DNA from: Chiloscyllium plagiosum
Taxonomy: Eukaryota
DNA: 64,000 nucleotides
Assembly (NCBI RefSeq): GCF_004010195.1
Contig: NC_057718.1
Location: 5,019,106 to 5,083,105, forward strand
Direction: 5' to 3'
Below are positions 1 to 11,293 of this stretch, in pieces; position 1 is the stretch's first letter; every line of letters starts with the position of its first letter. Under the pieces are notes generated by a model. That model was not told where the DNA came from and ran no database searches. It was given only the letters and a program-made list of their open reading frames with translations. A program made the position numbers and the translations under genes.

Positions 1-19
1 TAATCTAATCTAATCTAAT

Positions 20-316
20 ATTGTCTCGCTATCACCATTGTTAACAGCTAACCCAAGAATGCAACTTTTTTAAAAAAGGTTTGTGATTTACACATGAAAG
101 GAGTGAAACTATCACAGTATTCGAACAGATGAAAGTCTTAACAGACAATCAATTTTTCAATGTATAATTTCAGTTACATCACACTGTAAATTTTTGCTAT
201 CAATTCTGTGTGTTAGGATTGAGCCCTCCACTATCACCTGATGAAGGAGCGTCGCTCCGAAAGCTAGTGCTTCCAATTAAACCTGTTGGAGTATAACCTG
301 GTGTTGTGTGATTTTT
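20..316 (+). mobile_element. PLE-derived terminal repeat, family B, long version
   Basis: 3' part (gcttccaattaaacctgttggantataacctggtgttgtgtgattttt) recurs at 40625, 49735, 50220, 52587, 55517; contains the hammerhead motif. Left boundary uncertain. Confidence 0.65.
235..269 (+). ncRNA. Minimal type-I hammerhead ribozyme motif, family B (intact)
   Basis: CAC-CTGATGA-A-GGAGC-gtc-GCTCC-GAAA-GCTA-GTG: stem I CAC/GTG, core CUGAUGA, 5-bp stem II, GAAA, palindromic AGCU stem III, CUA triplet. Confidence 0.8.
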
Positions 317-403
317 ATCCTTGGAAGAGGCTTCGCAGTCAAGTTATAATCAACTTGGAGAAAATGAGTGTAGAAGGAGGAGGAGAACTTCTTCAGGGTA
401 GGC

Positions 404-497
404 ATCCTGATGAAGACCATATGCCCGAAACGTCGACTCTCCTGCTCCTAGGATGCTGCCTGACCGGCTGTGCTTTTCCAGCACCACATTCCTCGAC
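404..497 (+). mobile_element. PLE terminal repeat family A, solo copy (hammerhead stem II damaged)
   Basis: cctgatgaagaccatatgcccgaaacgtcgactctcctgctcc...gcttttccagcaccaca. Confidence 0.7.
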
Positions 498-1247
498 CCA
501 TGGGTCTCTCTGTTCCACAACCCTACCCAGGATGCTACCATTAATTGTAAATGTCCTGTCCTTGTTTGTACCAGTTCATGCTCCATACCCATATTTCTGA
601 TTTACATCCTAGTGAGATTCGAAATCAATGGCCCATTCTTACTTTTGCTAATCCCAGCTCTCTGCTGAGCTGCGTGTAATTTAATCTTTCATTGTCCTCA
701 TAGCCCACTCCCGGGTGTTAGTTGTTCCATATTTAAACCAACTGGATCCCTCAGTTAGATCCCAGACCTATAATATATTCACAGGCATTTAGTGCTCTAT
801 ATAGAGCTAACCCCTAGCCCCTGAACCCCTCAATTAGATACCAGTCTGCAATTCACTCTCATGTATTTGTTATTCCAATTATAAATGCTCCAGATGTCTT
901 GATTAGATTCCAGAGTGTAATTCATTCACACATATTTGATATGGTATATATTTAAAAACACCTCCCTGCTTGGATTCTGCAGCTCACTGCTGCCATCTGT
1001 TATTCTAGATATAAATCCCAAGCCACTCACTTCCCCAACAGTTCCATGAGAGTCCAGCTTAAATTCATCACAAAACAACAATTTGCATTCATATTACATA
1101 TTTAACATGGTAAATGTCCTGAGTTCATTCACTGGAGTCTTTTGAAACAGCGTGCGACAGTATGACACAATGTGCGATATGAGAATGAGTGATAAAACTC
1201 GGTGGGTATACAGGAGTGAATTTATAGGAGGAGACAGGTAGAAAATC

Positions 1248-1530
1248 TTAGAATCCCAAGCATGGAAACAGGCCCTTTGGCCCAAGATATCCACACCAAT
1301 CCTCCAAAGAGTAACCCACCCAGACCCATTCCCCTAGATTTACCCCTGACTAATGCACCTAAGCTACACATCCCTGAATACTGAGGGCAATTTGGCATGG
1401 CCAATTCACCTGACTTGCACAGACAAAGGGAGAATGTGCAAACTCCATTCAGACAGTCACTCAAGGCTGGAATTGAACACAGGTCCCTAGCTCTGTGAGA
1501 CAGCAGTGCTAACCACTGAGCCACCATGCC
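1248..1530 (-). mobile_element. HE1-type tRNA-derived V-SINE (internally deleted)
   Basis: Reverse complement of ggcatggtggctcagtggttagcactgctg... head, gagtttgcacattctccc core and CR1-like tail. Confidence 0.8.
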
Positions 1531-2247
1531 ATTTAAGGTTTAGGGACTGAATCCCTAAGATTTAAATTTCTATCATTCTCAGACATCCTCGAATGCCCCT
1601 TTGACCTGCAGGCAGCATTGAGCTTCCTCTTTCACAGAAGTTCCTGTTAGTATGTTGGTTTTTCAAAACTTCTGTTTTTTTTAACGGCAAATCAAGCTTT
1701 AATGTATTAAACCCCCCCAATATGTGCAAGTCTGACCAAAAACCATTGAGACTGAGACAGCTGGGAGTGGGCATGTCTGGATAGAGTGGACAGAAAAGAG
1801 TTCGAGAGAGAGAGAGGGAGATGTGATAGAGACAAATACAGAGACATTATGAACGGGTTTGCTTTTGAATAGGAATCCCTCTCGAAAATGGAACAATGGT
1901 ATCCAGGAAATAGAATTAGTAATGTCGCATGTAACATTTCTCTTTATTTTCACTGTACACAAATTCTGCTTCAGTGCTGTTTTAAAATCACCAAGGATGT
2001 TGTTTGCAAAACAGGTCAATTGTCACCTATCATAATATTCCCATGTTTTCACTTCAAAATATACCATTGGAACTGTTTGCAGTTCCCAGGGCTTTCACTG
2101 AAAAAATATAATGTTGCAAAGTTTCTTTTGCTAATCTACAGCAGTGTCACATGCCCAGGGCTCATGCACAGAAACTGACTGGAAAAGAATTTCATTTGAT
2201 TTCTTAGTCTGTCTGACAAAACAGACAATGTTTCCTGGCCAAAAGCA

Positions 2248-2860
2248 CCCTGTATTACTGACCATATCTCTACTGATGTTAATCAAGTTCCCTTACACTG
2301 TCACTCAGTGACCCCTCATCCCCCCAGTGCCCTGTGTTCCTGACTGTATTGCTACTGATGTTAATCCAGCTCCCTCACATTGTCACTCAGTAACCCGTCT
2401 CCCCCCAGTGCCCTGTGTTCTTGATTGTATCTCTACTGATGTTAATCCAGCTCCCTCACACTATCATTCAGTAACCCGCCTCCCCTAGCACCCTGTGTTA
2501 CTGACTGTATCTCTATTGATGTTAATCTAGCTCCCTCACACTGTCACTCAGTAACCCTTATGCCCCAGCACCCTGTGTTACTGACTGTATGTCAATTGAT
2601 GTTAATCTAGCTCCATTGCGCAGTCACTAAGTAGCCCTTCCCCCCAGCGCCCTGTGTTCCTCGTTGTATCTCCATTGATGTTAATCCAGCTCTCTCACAC
2701 TGTCTCTCAGTAACACTTATTCCCCAGTGCCCTATGTTATTGACTATCTCTACTGATGTTAATCTCGCTCTATTGTGCAGTCACTCAGTAACCCCTCTCC
2801 TCTCAGTGCATGTGTTACTGGCTATATCCCGACTGACGCTAATTTAGCTTTCTCATAGTA
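2248..2860. repeat. Minisatellite, ~80-bp unit, ~7.5 copies
   Basis: Unit ccctgtgttactgactgtatctctactgatgttaatccagctccctcacactgtcactcagtaacccc...cagtg starting at ~2248, 2330, 2411, 2491, 2571, 2650, 2730, 2809. Confidence 0.9.
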
Positions 2861-3329
2861 TGGTTCTCAGTTTCAATAAACTAGGAGCTAGTTGTAACAT
2901 TTGATATTTAATTTTTACCAATAGGCTTTAGGTCCAAATTTGTGAAAACTACAGGGTGAAAGTTTACACTGTCACCTGGTTATATGTGTGTTTTCAAAAA
3001 TTACTCTGTCTTGGGCTAAGTTAGTAGATGCTGTCGGAAATATTTGAAAGCCTTCCTGATGAGTTCCCAGCCTAATCCCACGGTGTAGTCCTTGGCCTGT
3101 GAGTCTATAGGTTACAGCACTTGAAGTGAGCAGTCAGGCTTTTCTAATGTGATGAGTTTTCTGCATCAGCCAATCCCCTTTTCAGGCAATGAATTCCAGA
3201 CCCTCACCAAACTAAGAAAGAATTTATCCCTCAGTTCTCCTGTAAACCTTCAGCTTATTACATTAAATAAGTGTCCCCTTTTAATTGTCCTCTCTGCTAA
3301 TGGAAAGAGGTTCTTAATGTATTTTTTGT

Positions 3330-3930
3330 GGGTCATTCATATTGTTGACATTGACATTCAATGGTGTTACCATTACTGATAGTTATCAACATCCTGGGAG
3401 TTATCATTGATCAGAAACTCAACTGGGCTCACCCACATAAACACAGTGGCTATAAGAGCAGGTCAGAGGCTAGAAATACCTGTACTGCGATGAGTCACTC
3501 AACTTTTGACTCCCCAGAAGCCTGTCCACCACCTATGAAGTACAAGTCAGGAGCGTAATGGACCCCACTTGCCTGTATGGGGTCAGCTCCAACAAACACT
3601 TAAGAAGCTTGACACCATCCAAGACAAAGCAGCTGCTTAATTGGCACCACATTCACAAACAGCCATTCCATCTACCACTGGCACTCAGTAGCAGCAGTGT
3701 GTACTATCCACGAGATGCACTGCAGAAATTCACCGAAGATCCTCAGACGACAACTTCCAAACCCACGACCACTTCCATACAGAAGAACAAGAGCAGCAGG
3801 TAAATGGGAACATTACCCCCTGCAAGTTCCCCTCTGAGCCACTCACCATCCTGACTTGAAAATATATTGGCATTCCTTCAGTGTCACTGGGTCAAAATCC
3901 TGGAATTCCCTCCCTAATGGCAATGTGGGT
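3330..3930 (+). mobile_element. Decayed 3' fragment of a CR1/L2-group LINE (family encoding ...TIYKAQVRSVMEYSPLAW...)
   Basis: INILGVIIDQKLNW and tacaagtcaggagcgtaatgga motifs; the same sequence recurs at 5760, 8510, 9330, 18600, 33450, 34815, 47255, 61650. Confidence 0.7.
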
Positions 3931-4349
3931 CAGCGAGGTGATGAAGTGATAGTGTTCCCCTCTGTGGTTTCTTTCCATGCTTCTCTTAGAAGCCTGGGAG
4001 GTACATTTCAAACTTTCTGCATCAGAGAGGTTGAAGCTGTAACTATAGGGGAGAATAAGGATCAGGCCAATGAAGAGCGAGCAGTCTTTGAACACTTGGG
4101 TTAAGATTTCTTGTTTGGGCAGCACATAGGGTTTTTCACTTTTCACTCATAAAGCTGCTCTTGTGCAAGGAAGTGTGCATTACAGGGGGTTCCACTCTCC
4201 AGGACTCCGCAATTTGGTGAGTTTAAAACAAATAGTTTCTCTTTTAGGCTTCAAGCCCCGTCATGATGATTGGTTCATTCCTCGGTCAACCACACACTGC
4301 CAGCATTGTTTCACTATCCTCTAGTCTGTACAGAAATTAAGAAAGATTT

Positions 4350-4565
4350 TAATGTTAACGGTTACTTTTTTTTTCTATTTATTCTGTGAAGTAATGCTTT
4401 ACTTTTTGACTCTATTTCTCTTTCTACATTGTACAGAGGTATTGTACACGATTTTTCTACCTTTCTACCTAAAAAGGCACTTTGTGTGGGGATATGATAC
4501 ACATTTTACTGTACTCCCGTACTTCAGTACACTTGACAATAAAATCCAAATCTAAAAATCTAAAT
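4350..4565 (+). mobile_element. LINE 3' tail, Rex1/Babar-like
   Basis: Ends tacacttgacaataaaatccaaatctaaa, resembling the tail at 54095-54125 that follows a Rex/Babar ORF end. Confidence 0.4.
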
Positions 4566-5396
4566 AATCCTGCTTTAATCGGAAGGCATTGCTGTCATTC
4601 AGGTTCTGAGTTCTGTTTGATGCAGTTCACAAAGACTCAGTATAAAGGCATGGGTCATTGCTTCAGGAGGTAGGTAAGAGATAGAAGTGGCTGCTCCCAC
4701 TCACTTCTGATGAGACCCAACTGAATAACATTTAATGAAGAACAATAATCTGGGTTTCCCATGTGGGTTCTGCAATCATCAGTGCCTCCTGTTGCCTTAG
4801 CACCCCTACTGTCATTTGGCACCTTACTGTTCCTGTTAACACCCTCTCTCAAATGATAGTTGAGAATTTAGGGTGAAAAGTCTGGAACTTGTGATAATTT
4901 GGAGAAACTTCCCTGGGGTCCACTCATAACACAGCTGTCATACTGAACCAGAGAGTTGCTGTTTGTATATGAAGAGGCCTATGTTGTATGCCTGGTTAAG
5001 GATACTCCTCAGTCACCTTAGATAAGGGCCATGTTATACACAGACAGACACACACACACAGATATGCACACATATGTGCGCGCACAAACATTTGACTATT
5101 TCCTAATCAAAAGTGAATTTCTTTCAAAGGACTCCTCCTAACTCCTGCCTCCTCCAGCCTCACTTCCAACAAAAAGTTTAATGAGTACTTGGGGCCACTT
5201 TTGTACTAAAAGTCACACCTTCCAATTAGCTGACACTGAAGTTGCCTCCATCTGAGCTCAGAAAGTGCAGCTTTCTCTCTCCTCATGCCCTGTCAGTGCC
5301 CACCATTACCTGCTGACCACTCTGCTTGACCCTATTAGCTCATATTGTTCCCAGGATCAAAAGCAGACACTAGCAATCCAACAATGCTCCAGGGTC

Positions 5397-5760
5397 TTAG
5401 ATTTAGATTACCTACAGTATGGAAACAGGCCCTTCAGCCCAACAAGTCCACACCGACCCGCCGAAGCGTAACCCACCCAGACCCCTACATTTACCCCTTT
5501 TAACCTAACACTACGGGCAATTTAGCATGGCCAATTCACCTGACCTGCACATCTTTGGACTGTGGGAGGAAACTGGAGCACCCGGAGGAAACCCACGCAG
5601 ACACGGGGAGAATGTGCAAACTCCACACAGTCAGTCGCCTGAGGCGGGAATTGAACCCGGGTCTCTGGCGCTGTGAGGCAGCAGTGCTAACCACTGTGCC
5701 ACTGTGCCGCCCACCCACTGTGCCACCGTGCCGCCCACCACTGTGCCACCGTGCCACCCA
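5397..5760 (-). mobile_element. HE1-type V-SINE, near full length, with tandemly reiterated 5' end
   Basis: Near-consensus SINE; ccactgtgccaccgtgccgcc repeated ~3x at 5691-5760. Confidence 0.9.
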
Positions 5761-6100
5761 CATCTGGCTTTATGCCAGATGTCTTGACACCATCTGGCAT
5801 AAAGCAGCCTGCATGATTGGCACCACATCAGCAAATGTTCACTCTCCCTGTGCCCCGGCAACCAACAAACAGTGTGCACCATCCCAAAGGTGCACCAAAG
5901 AAATTCACCAAGGCAACACCTTCCAAACACACGACGTCTACTTTCCAGAAGGACAAGGGCAGCAGATACATGGGAACACCACCTCTAAGCTCCCCTCTAA
6001 GCCACTCAACCACCCTCACTTGGAAGTATACCAATATTCCTTCAGTGTCACTAGATCAAGTCCTGGAGTTCCCTCCTTAAGGGCATTGTGGATTTATCAC
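5761..6100 (+). mobile_element. Decayed CR1/L2-group LINE 3' fragment
   Basis: Homologous to 3600-3930. Confidence 0.65.
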
Positions 6101-6559
6101 AAATGGTGCAGACTGAACCTTTTTTCTCCAGAGGCTTCCAATTGTCCTGAATTAGAAAGTGGAAGTGGAGGATTGGCTGCTGGTGCCAATTACATGTCAT
6201 TGGAAATAAGGGGCAGGAGTGAACCTTCTCCCTAGTTCAATATTATTCATAGGAAGGCTTGTGGTTCTGGGAATGTCTCACATAATAGCTGTGAGACCAG
6301 GAGTAGAAGTCCTTAATCCTCGAGGTGAACACGGAAACAGTTTTATAGACATCATGTGATTGGGTACTACATGTGATCAACGTGTCCAATGATCAAAGCT
6401 CCAGCAACAGGAGTTGGTAACCCATAACGATCCAACATGGCTGCTAGACTTGAGTTAGTGAGCAGGGGTTGTCAGACTTATGGGGTGGATGCTAAGGAGG
6501 GAAACCCCTATATTTGTGCATCGTGACACCCTAGTCTGGATATTCCGTTTCAGGCACTT

Positions 6560-8010
6560 GACTAGGTGGATGTGGAAAGGATGCTTCCTATTGTGGAAGG
6601 ATCTAGAACTAGGGGTCAGAGTTTGAAAATAAGAGGTTCCCAGTTAAAACAGAGATGCAGAGATTCTTTATTCTCAGAGGGTTGTAAGTCTTTGGAATTC
6701 CCTTTGTCAAAATGCAGTGGATGAAGAATCTTTAAATATTTTTATAAGACCATAAGGAAAAGGAACAGGAATAGTTCATTCGGCAGAACCCTGTTCTGCC
6801 ATTCAATTGCACCATGGCTGATCCGACATTTCTCACAACCACTCTCTTGCCTTTTTCCTGTAACCCTTGATTCCCTGACTGATGAAGAATTGATCAATCA
6901 TAGCCTTAAATGGATACAGGGACTCTGCCCCCACTACTCTCTGTGGCAATGAATTCCAAAGACTCACAACCCTCTGAGAGAAGCAATTTCTATTCATCTC
7001 AGTCTTAAATCGGTGTCCCTTTATTCTGAGACTTTGCCTTCTGGTGCTAGATTCTCCCATCTGGGGAAACATCCTCTCAGCATTGACCCTGTCAAGGCCC
7101 TTAAAAATCCGATATGTTTCAATAAGGTCACCTCTCATTCTTCTAAACTCTAGTGAGTAAAGACCTGTTTAACCTTTGTCCATAAACCAATTCCTCCATA
7201 TTGGGAATCATCTTCATGAACCTTCTCTGAACTGCTTCCAATGAAATTACATCTTTCCTTCCTTAAATAAGGGACTAAAATTGCCTGCAATTCTCCAGAT
7301 ATAAAAGGCATCTGGATGGGTATATGAATATATTGGGTTTAGAGGGATATGGGTCAAGTGCTGGCAAATGGGACTAGATTAGGCTAGGATATCTGGTCGA
7401 CATGAACAAATTGGACCAAACGGTCTGTTTCTGTGCTGTACATCTCTACGACTCTATGTGATCTCCCCAGCACCTTGTACAGTTGCAGTAAGACCTCCCT
7501 ACTCTTATCCCCAACTCCCTTGAAAAATAAGGGCCAACATTCCATTAACCTTCCTGATTACCTGCTGTGCCTGTCTGCTAACTTTGTGTGTTTCATGCAC
7601 AAGTTCCCCCAAGTCTCTTTGTGTTGTAGCTTTCTGCAGTTTCTCTCCTTTTAAATAGACTATCATTTTAGTTTTCCATGCCAAAATGAATAAATTTGCA
7701 TTTCCCACATTATACTCCATTTGCCAACTTTTTGCCCGTGTGCTTAACCTATTGATGTCTCTCTGTAATCGGTTTGTGTCCCTCTCACAACCTGCCTTTC
7801 CAGCTATCTTAGTGTCGCTTGCAAATTTGGCTACAGTGCATTCACTTCAAGTCATGCTTTACTGCAGTGGGAGACAGATTCTTAATGACCCAGGGAATGA
7901 AAGGTTTATCAGGGATATGCAGGAATGTGGAATTGAGGTTAAAGTCAGATCAACCATGATCTTATTGAGGGACAGAGCAGCTCAAAGGGCTGAGTAATGA
8001 ACCCTTGCTG
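6560..8010. mobile_element. Nested CR1 LINE 3' fragments: + host (6560-6745, 7870-8010), - insert (6745-7850), + tail insert (7300-7460)
   Basis: Minus ORF MRGDLIETYRIFKGLDRV...FSQRVVSLWNSLPQ; QRDLG..VH motif; typical CR1 3'UTRs. Confidence 0.8.
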
Positions 8011-8180
8011 GTATATTTGCCCATTGGCTGAAGAGAACCAATCTGCGAGAGGCAGGCCTGTCACATGGGTTGTATCCGATGTGGATTTCAGGAATAGTCA
8101 CATTCTCGATGTTGCCAAGATGCTATAGCCATTGGTCATCACAGTGACACTTACCTGAAATATTGCCATTTCCCTCTGAC

Positions 8181-8388
8181 TCAAAGAGTGTGGTGCTGGA
8201 AAAGCACAGCAGGTCAGGCAGCATCTGAGAAGCAGGAGAGTCGATGTTTCAGGCATAAGCTCTTCATCAGGATGCCCAAAACATCGACACTTCTGCTCCT
8301 CGGATGCTGCCTGACCTGCTGTGCGTTTCCAACACCACACTCTCGACTCTGATCGCCAGCACCTGCAGTCCTCACTTTCTCCTAGTTG
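8181..8388. mobile_element. Palindromic family A PLE mini-element with 13-bp TSD
   Basis: Inverted arms meeting at ~8270; TSD atttccctctgac at 8168-8180 and 8389-8401. Confidence 0.85.
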
Positions 8389-8509
8389 ATTTCCCTCTGA
8401 CAACAACTAGTAACCCCCAGATGCAATAATCAATGTCTCGATGTTTCAATTGTTTATTTCCACTGAATATATTCACGAAAGAGATTAATAAGTGTTTTGA
8501 TGTTTTAAA

Positions 8510-8910
8510 AAATTCATTCATGGATCATGGGCATCATTGGCAGGCCAGCATTTATTGCCCATCCCTTTTGCCCCTTGGCAAGGTGGGGGTGAGCTGCCTT
8601 CTTGAGCTGCTGCAGTCCATGCGCTGTAGGGAGACCCACAATGTCCTTACGGAAGGAATTCCAGGACTTTGACTTAATGATAGTGAGGGAATGATGATAT
8701 ATTTCCCAGTCAGGATGGTGAGTGGCTTGGAGGGGAACCTGCAGGGAGTGGTGACCACATGTATCTGCTGCCCTTGGTCCTGCTTGAAGGAAGTAGTTGT
8801 GGGTTTAGAAGGTGCTGTTTGAGGATCTATCTTTGGTGAATTTCTGCAGTGCATCTTGTAGATTGTACACACTGCTGTTACTGTGCATCAGTGGTGGAGG
8901 GAGTGGATGC
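8510..8910 (-). mobile_element. CR1/L2-group LINE 3' end
   Basis: ccagcatttattgcccatccc tail plus reverse complement of the 3700-3930 sequence. Confidence 0.75.
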
Positions 8911-9499
8911 TTAAAAACAAACACATGGTAATGCCAGGGGAGGAATGTATCAGTCACTCTACTGTGACTCTACTTCGGGGTGTGCAAGACAAGTTGGACC
9001 GGTCTGGGTCATTCCGAATCTGGTCCTCATCAAATCGAGGGTGACATGCTGGCTCAGACATGTTGGGGGAGGGGACAGGGGAGTCACACGTCCAATGTCT
9101 TTCCATATGGGGAGGTGCCAGAGGGGCAAGTCACCAGCCCAGCATTACGCTTCAAGGAGATTTACAAACACAGCAATGTTGAAACTTTGAACAGGAATAG
9201 GCCATTCGCCCATTTGCACCTGCTCAACTGCTCAATATGAACATGGATGATCTTGTCTCTCAACACAACATTCCCATCTTTTCCCTAAAATCTTGATGCC
9301 TTTGTTCCAGTGGTACAATTTGGTTAGACAAGATAATCACTGCCCCTTGACATTCAATAGTGTTACCGTCACTGAATCCTCCACTATCAATATCCTGGGG
9401 GTTACCATCAATCAGAAATTCAACTGGACTAGCCATATAAATACTGTCTACAAGAGCAGGGCAAGAGACTAGGAATTCTGCAGGGAATAATTCACCTCA

Positions 9500-9860
9500 G
9501 GGGAGGGGATGGCCTCAAGCCATTACCACTTGGTTGTTCATCCTGAGAGCCAGGTAATGTTCTGGGGACTTCAGTTCAAATCCCACCACAGCAGATGGTG
9601 GAATTTGAATTCAATGAAAGAAAATATGGAATTAAGAATCTAACGATAACCATGAAACCATTTTCAATTGTCAGGAAAACCCAATCTGGGTCACTAATGT
9701 GCTTTAGGGAAGGAAACTGCCATCCTTACCTTGTCTGGTCTCCATGTGACTCCAGACTCACAGCAATGTGGTTGACTCTTAACTGCCCTCTGGGTAATTA
9801 GGGATGGGTATTAAATGCTGCCCAGTCAGTGATGCCCTCATCCTGTGAATGAATGAAAAA
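9500..9860 (+). mobile_element. Second tRNA-like SINE family (shares 3' tail with the CR1/L2-group LINE)
   Basis: B-box-like gttcaaatccc; body ggttcactaatgtcctttagggaaggaa...ccacagcaatgtggttgactct; other copies at 22000, 33870, 41145, 56495, 59570. Confidence 0.7.
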
Positions 9861-9899
9861 CAATCTTGATTCCCCAAAGCCTGTCTACCATCTACAAGG

Positions 9900-10102
9900 C
9901 TGAAAATGTGTTGCTGGAAAAGCGCAGCAGGTCAGGCAGCATCCAAGGAACAGGAGAATCGACGTTTCGGGCATAAGCCCTTCTTCAGGCTTATGCCCGA
10001 AACGTCGATTCTCCTGTTCCTTGGATGCTGCCTGACCTGCTGCGCTTTTCCAGCAACACATTTTCAGCTCTGATCGCCAGCATCTGCAGTCCTCACTTTC
10101 TC
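9900..10102. mobile_element. Young palindromic family A PLE mini-element with 15-bp TSD
   Basis: Essentially perfect inverted arms within 9899-10068, 34-nt one-sided tail, TSD ctaccatctacaagg at 9885-9899 and 10103-10117. Confidence 0.9.
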
Positions 10103-10297
10103 CTACCATCTACAAGGGACAAGTCAGGAGTGTAATGGAACACCTTCAACTTCTCCTCCGAGCCACACACCATCCCGGCTTGGAAATAAATCGTCATTCC
10201 TTCACTATCGCTGGGTCAAAATCCTGGAATTTCCCTCCCTAATGGCATTGTTGGTCTGCCTACAGCAGGTAGACTGCAGTGGTTCAAGAAGGCAGTT

Positions 10298-10370
10298 GAA
10301 ACTTTATTGCTGGAACAGCACAGCAGGTCAGGCAGCATCCAGGGAACAGGAGATTCGACGTTTCGGGCAC
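10298..10370 (-). mobile_element. Family A PLE repeat, truncated within the hammerhead
   Basis: gctggaacagcacagcaggtcaggcagcatcc...gacgtttcgggcac. Confidence 0.7.
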
Positions 10371-10639
10371 AGGGCAGCTCAACCCTACCTTCACATGGGG
10401 GCAATTAGGGACAGCCAATAAATGTGGACCCATCCAGCGATGACTGTGTTCTATGAATGAATTTTAAAAACTTGGGTAAAAGACAATGGAACTGGCAGCA
10501 TGATTTATTCTTAAGAAAGGAATAGTTAAAATTAGGATGCTACAAAACTTTATCTGGAATACTTTGTAGGGAAATGGAATAAAGAATTTAAAAATATATA
10601 TTAAAACATTGTTTTGTTAAATGAAACCTCTTGGTTCCT

Positions 10640-11250
10640 TTTATCTTTGACTCTGCAGCTTTCCTGGCTGTATCCAGTCACTCTGAATCTCACACTCTCC
10701 TGGTCCCATTGAACTGAAGCGAAATGTGCTGCTCCCAGACCTTAAATGATTCGCTTTTTATTTCCTTGAACTCATTTTCAATTGCAAGGATGGGCAATCT
10801 CCCAAAAGAGGAATCTTTGATTCTACTCACCCACCCCACAGCCACTTCGAGTTTAATTCCGCCCATCCCAGGGAACACAGCTCCAAGAGGGACATTCATA
10901 ATCCGCATGCCCTCTGACCTCTCTCGGTTAATCTGCATACAGGAATGACAAGCATTTTAGCGGAGCAGAAACAGACGGGGTGTAGAGGCTGAAGCAGTGA
11001 AAGGTTGGGTCTGTACTAGAGAGAGAGAGAGAGAGACTGGAGCTGTGAAAGTTTTCAATAATCTCTCTCTGCGTGAGAGAGAGAGAGAGAGTGTTCCAAA
11101 GCCTTTCTGTAGAAAGAAAGTGAAAATGAAGCTGGGCAGTTTTGCTTGTTGGAGGAGCTGCGGCTCTCTGATGTCTCTGGGACAGTTCTGACGACCTACC
11201 GACTTCATGCGAGCGGGCAGAGTAAGGAGTCCTGTTGAAGCAGGAAGAAA
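10640..11250 (+). promoter_or_regulatory. Putative promoter/5'UTR region of the PHACTR exon, with two (GA)n tracts
   Basis: Unique sequence without interspersed repeats, retains CpGs, directly upstream of the ATG; (GA)n at ~11018-11036 and ~11075-11091; possible acceptor ttttatctttgactctgcag at 10639-10658. TSS not determinable. Confidence 0.45.
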
Positions 11251-11293
11251 ATGGGCCAGACTTCAGTGTCAACCTTCCCCGAGGCTGCGAGCG
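11251..11293 (+). CDS. PHACTR2: First coding exon of a PHACTR-family (phosphatase and actin regulator) gene, best match PHACTR2 MGQT isoform; encodes MGQTSVSTFPEAAS + 1 nt (phase 1)
   Basis: Strong Kozak gaaaATGG at 11251; 14 codons + G followed by consensus donor GCG|GTGAGT (11294). Peptide shares MGQTSVST with the recalled human PHACTR2 N-terminus MGQTSVSTLSPQPGS|VDGL. Lies in an island free of interspersed repeats. Paralogue PHACTR4 (MGQADVS...) cannot be excluded. Confidence 0.75.

Larger units (their letters stand above)
9330..10470 (+). mobile_element. CR1/L2-group LINE 3' fragment hosting three younger insertions (9500, 9900, 10298)
   Basis: INILGVTINQKFNWTSHINTV reading at ~9385; continuity across the inserts. 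Confidence 0.75.

Noticed and set aside
2248..2860. CRISPR-like array
   Set aside because: Whole units are homologous, with no unique spacers; eukaryotic context.
5555..6235. 226-aa ORF
   Set aside because: Antisense HE1 SINE fused to a decayed LINE fragment; the same peptide recurs wherever HE1 occurs.
9900..10102. Palindromes as miRNA precursors, terminators or classical MITEs
   Set aside because: Long variable TSDs, asymmetric tail, variable centres and linkage to PLE ORF ends point to Penelope-type retrotransposition.
10690..10948. Overlapping 82-aa and 74-aa ORFs upstream of the PHACTR exon
   Set aside because: No homology recognised; more simply promoter/UTR sequence.
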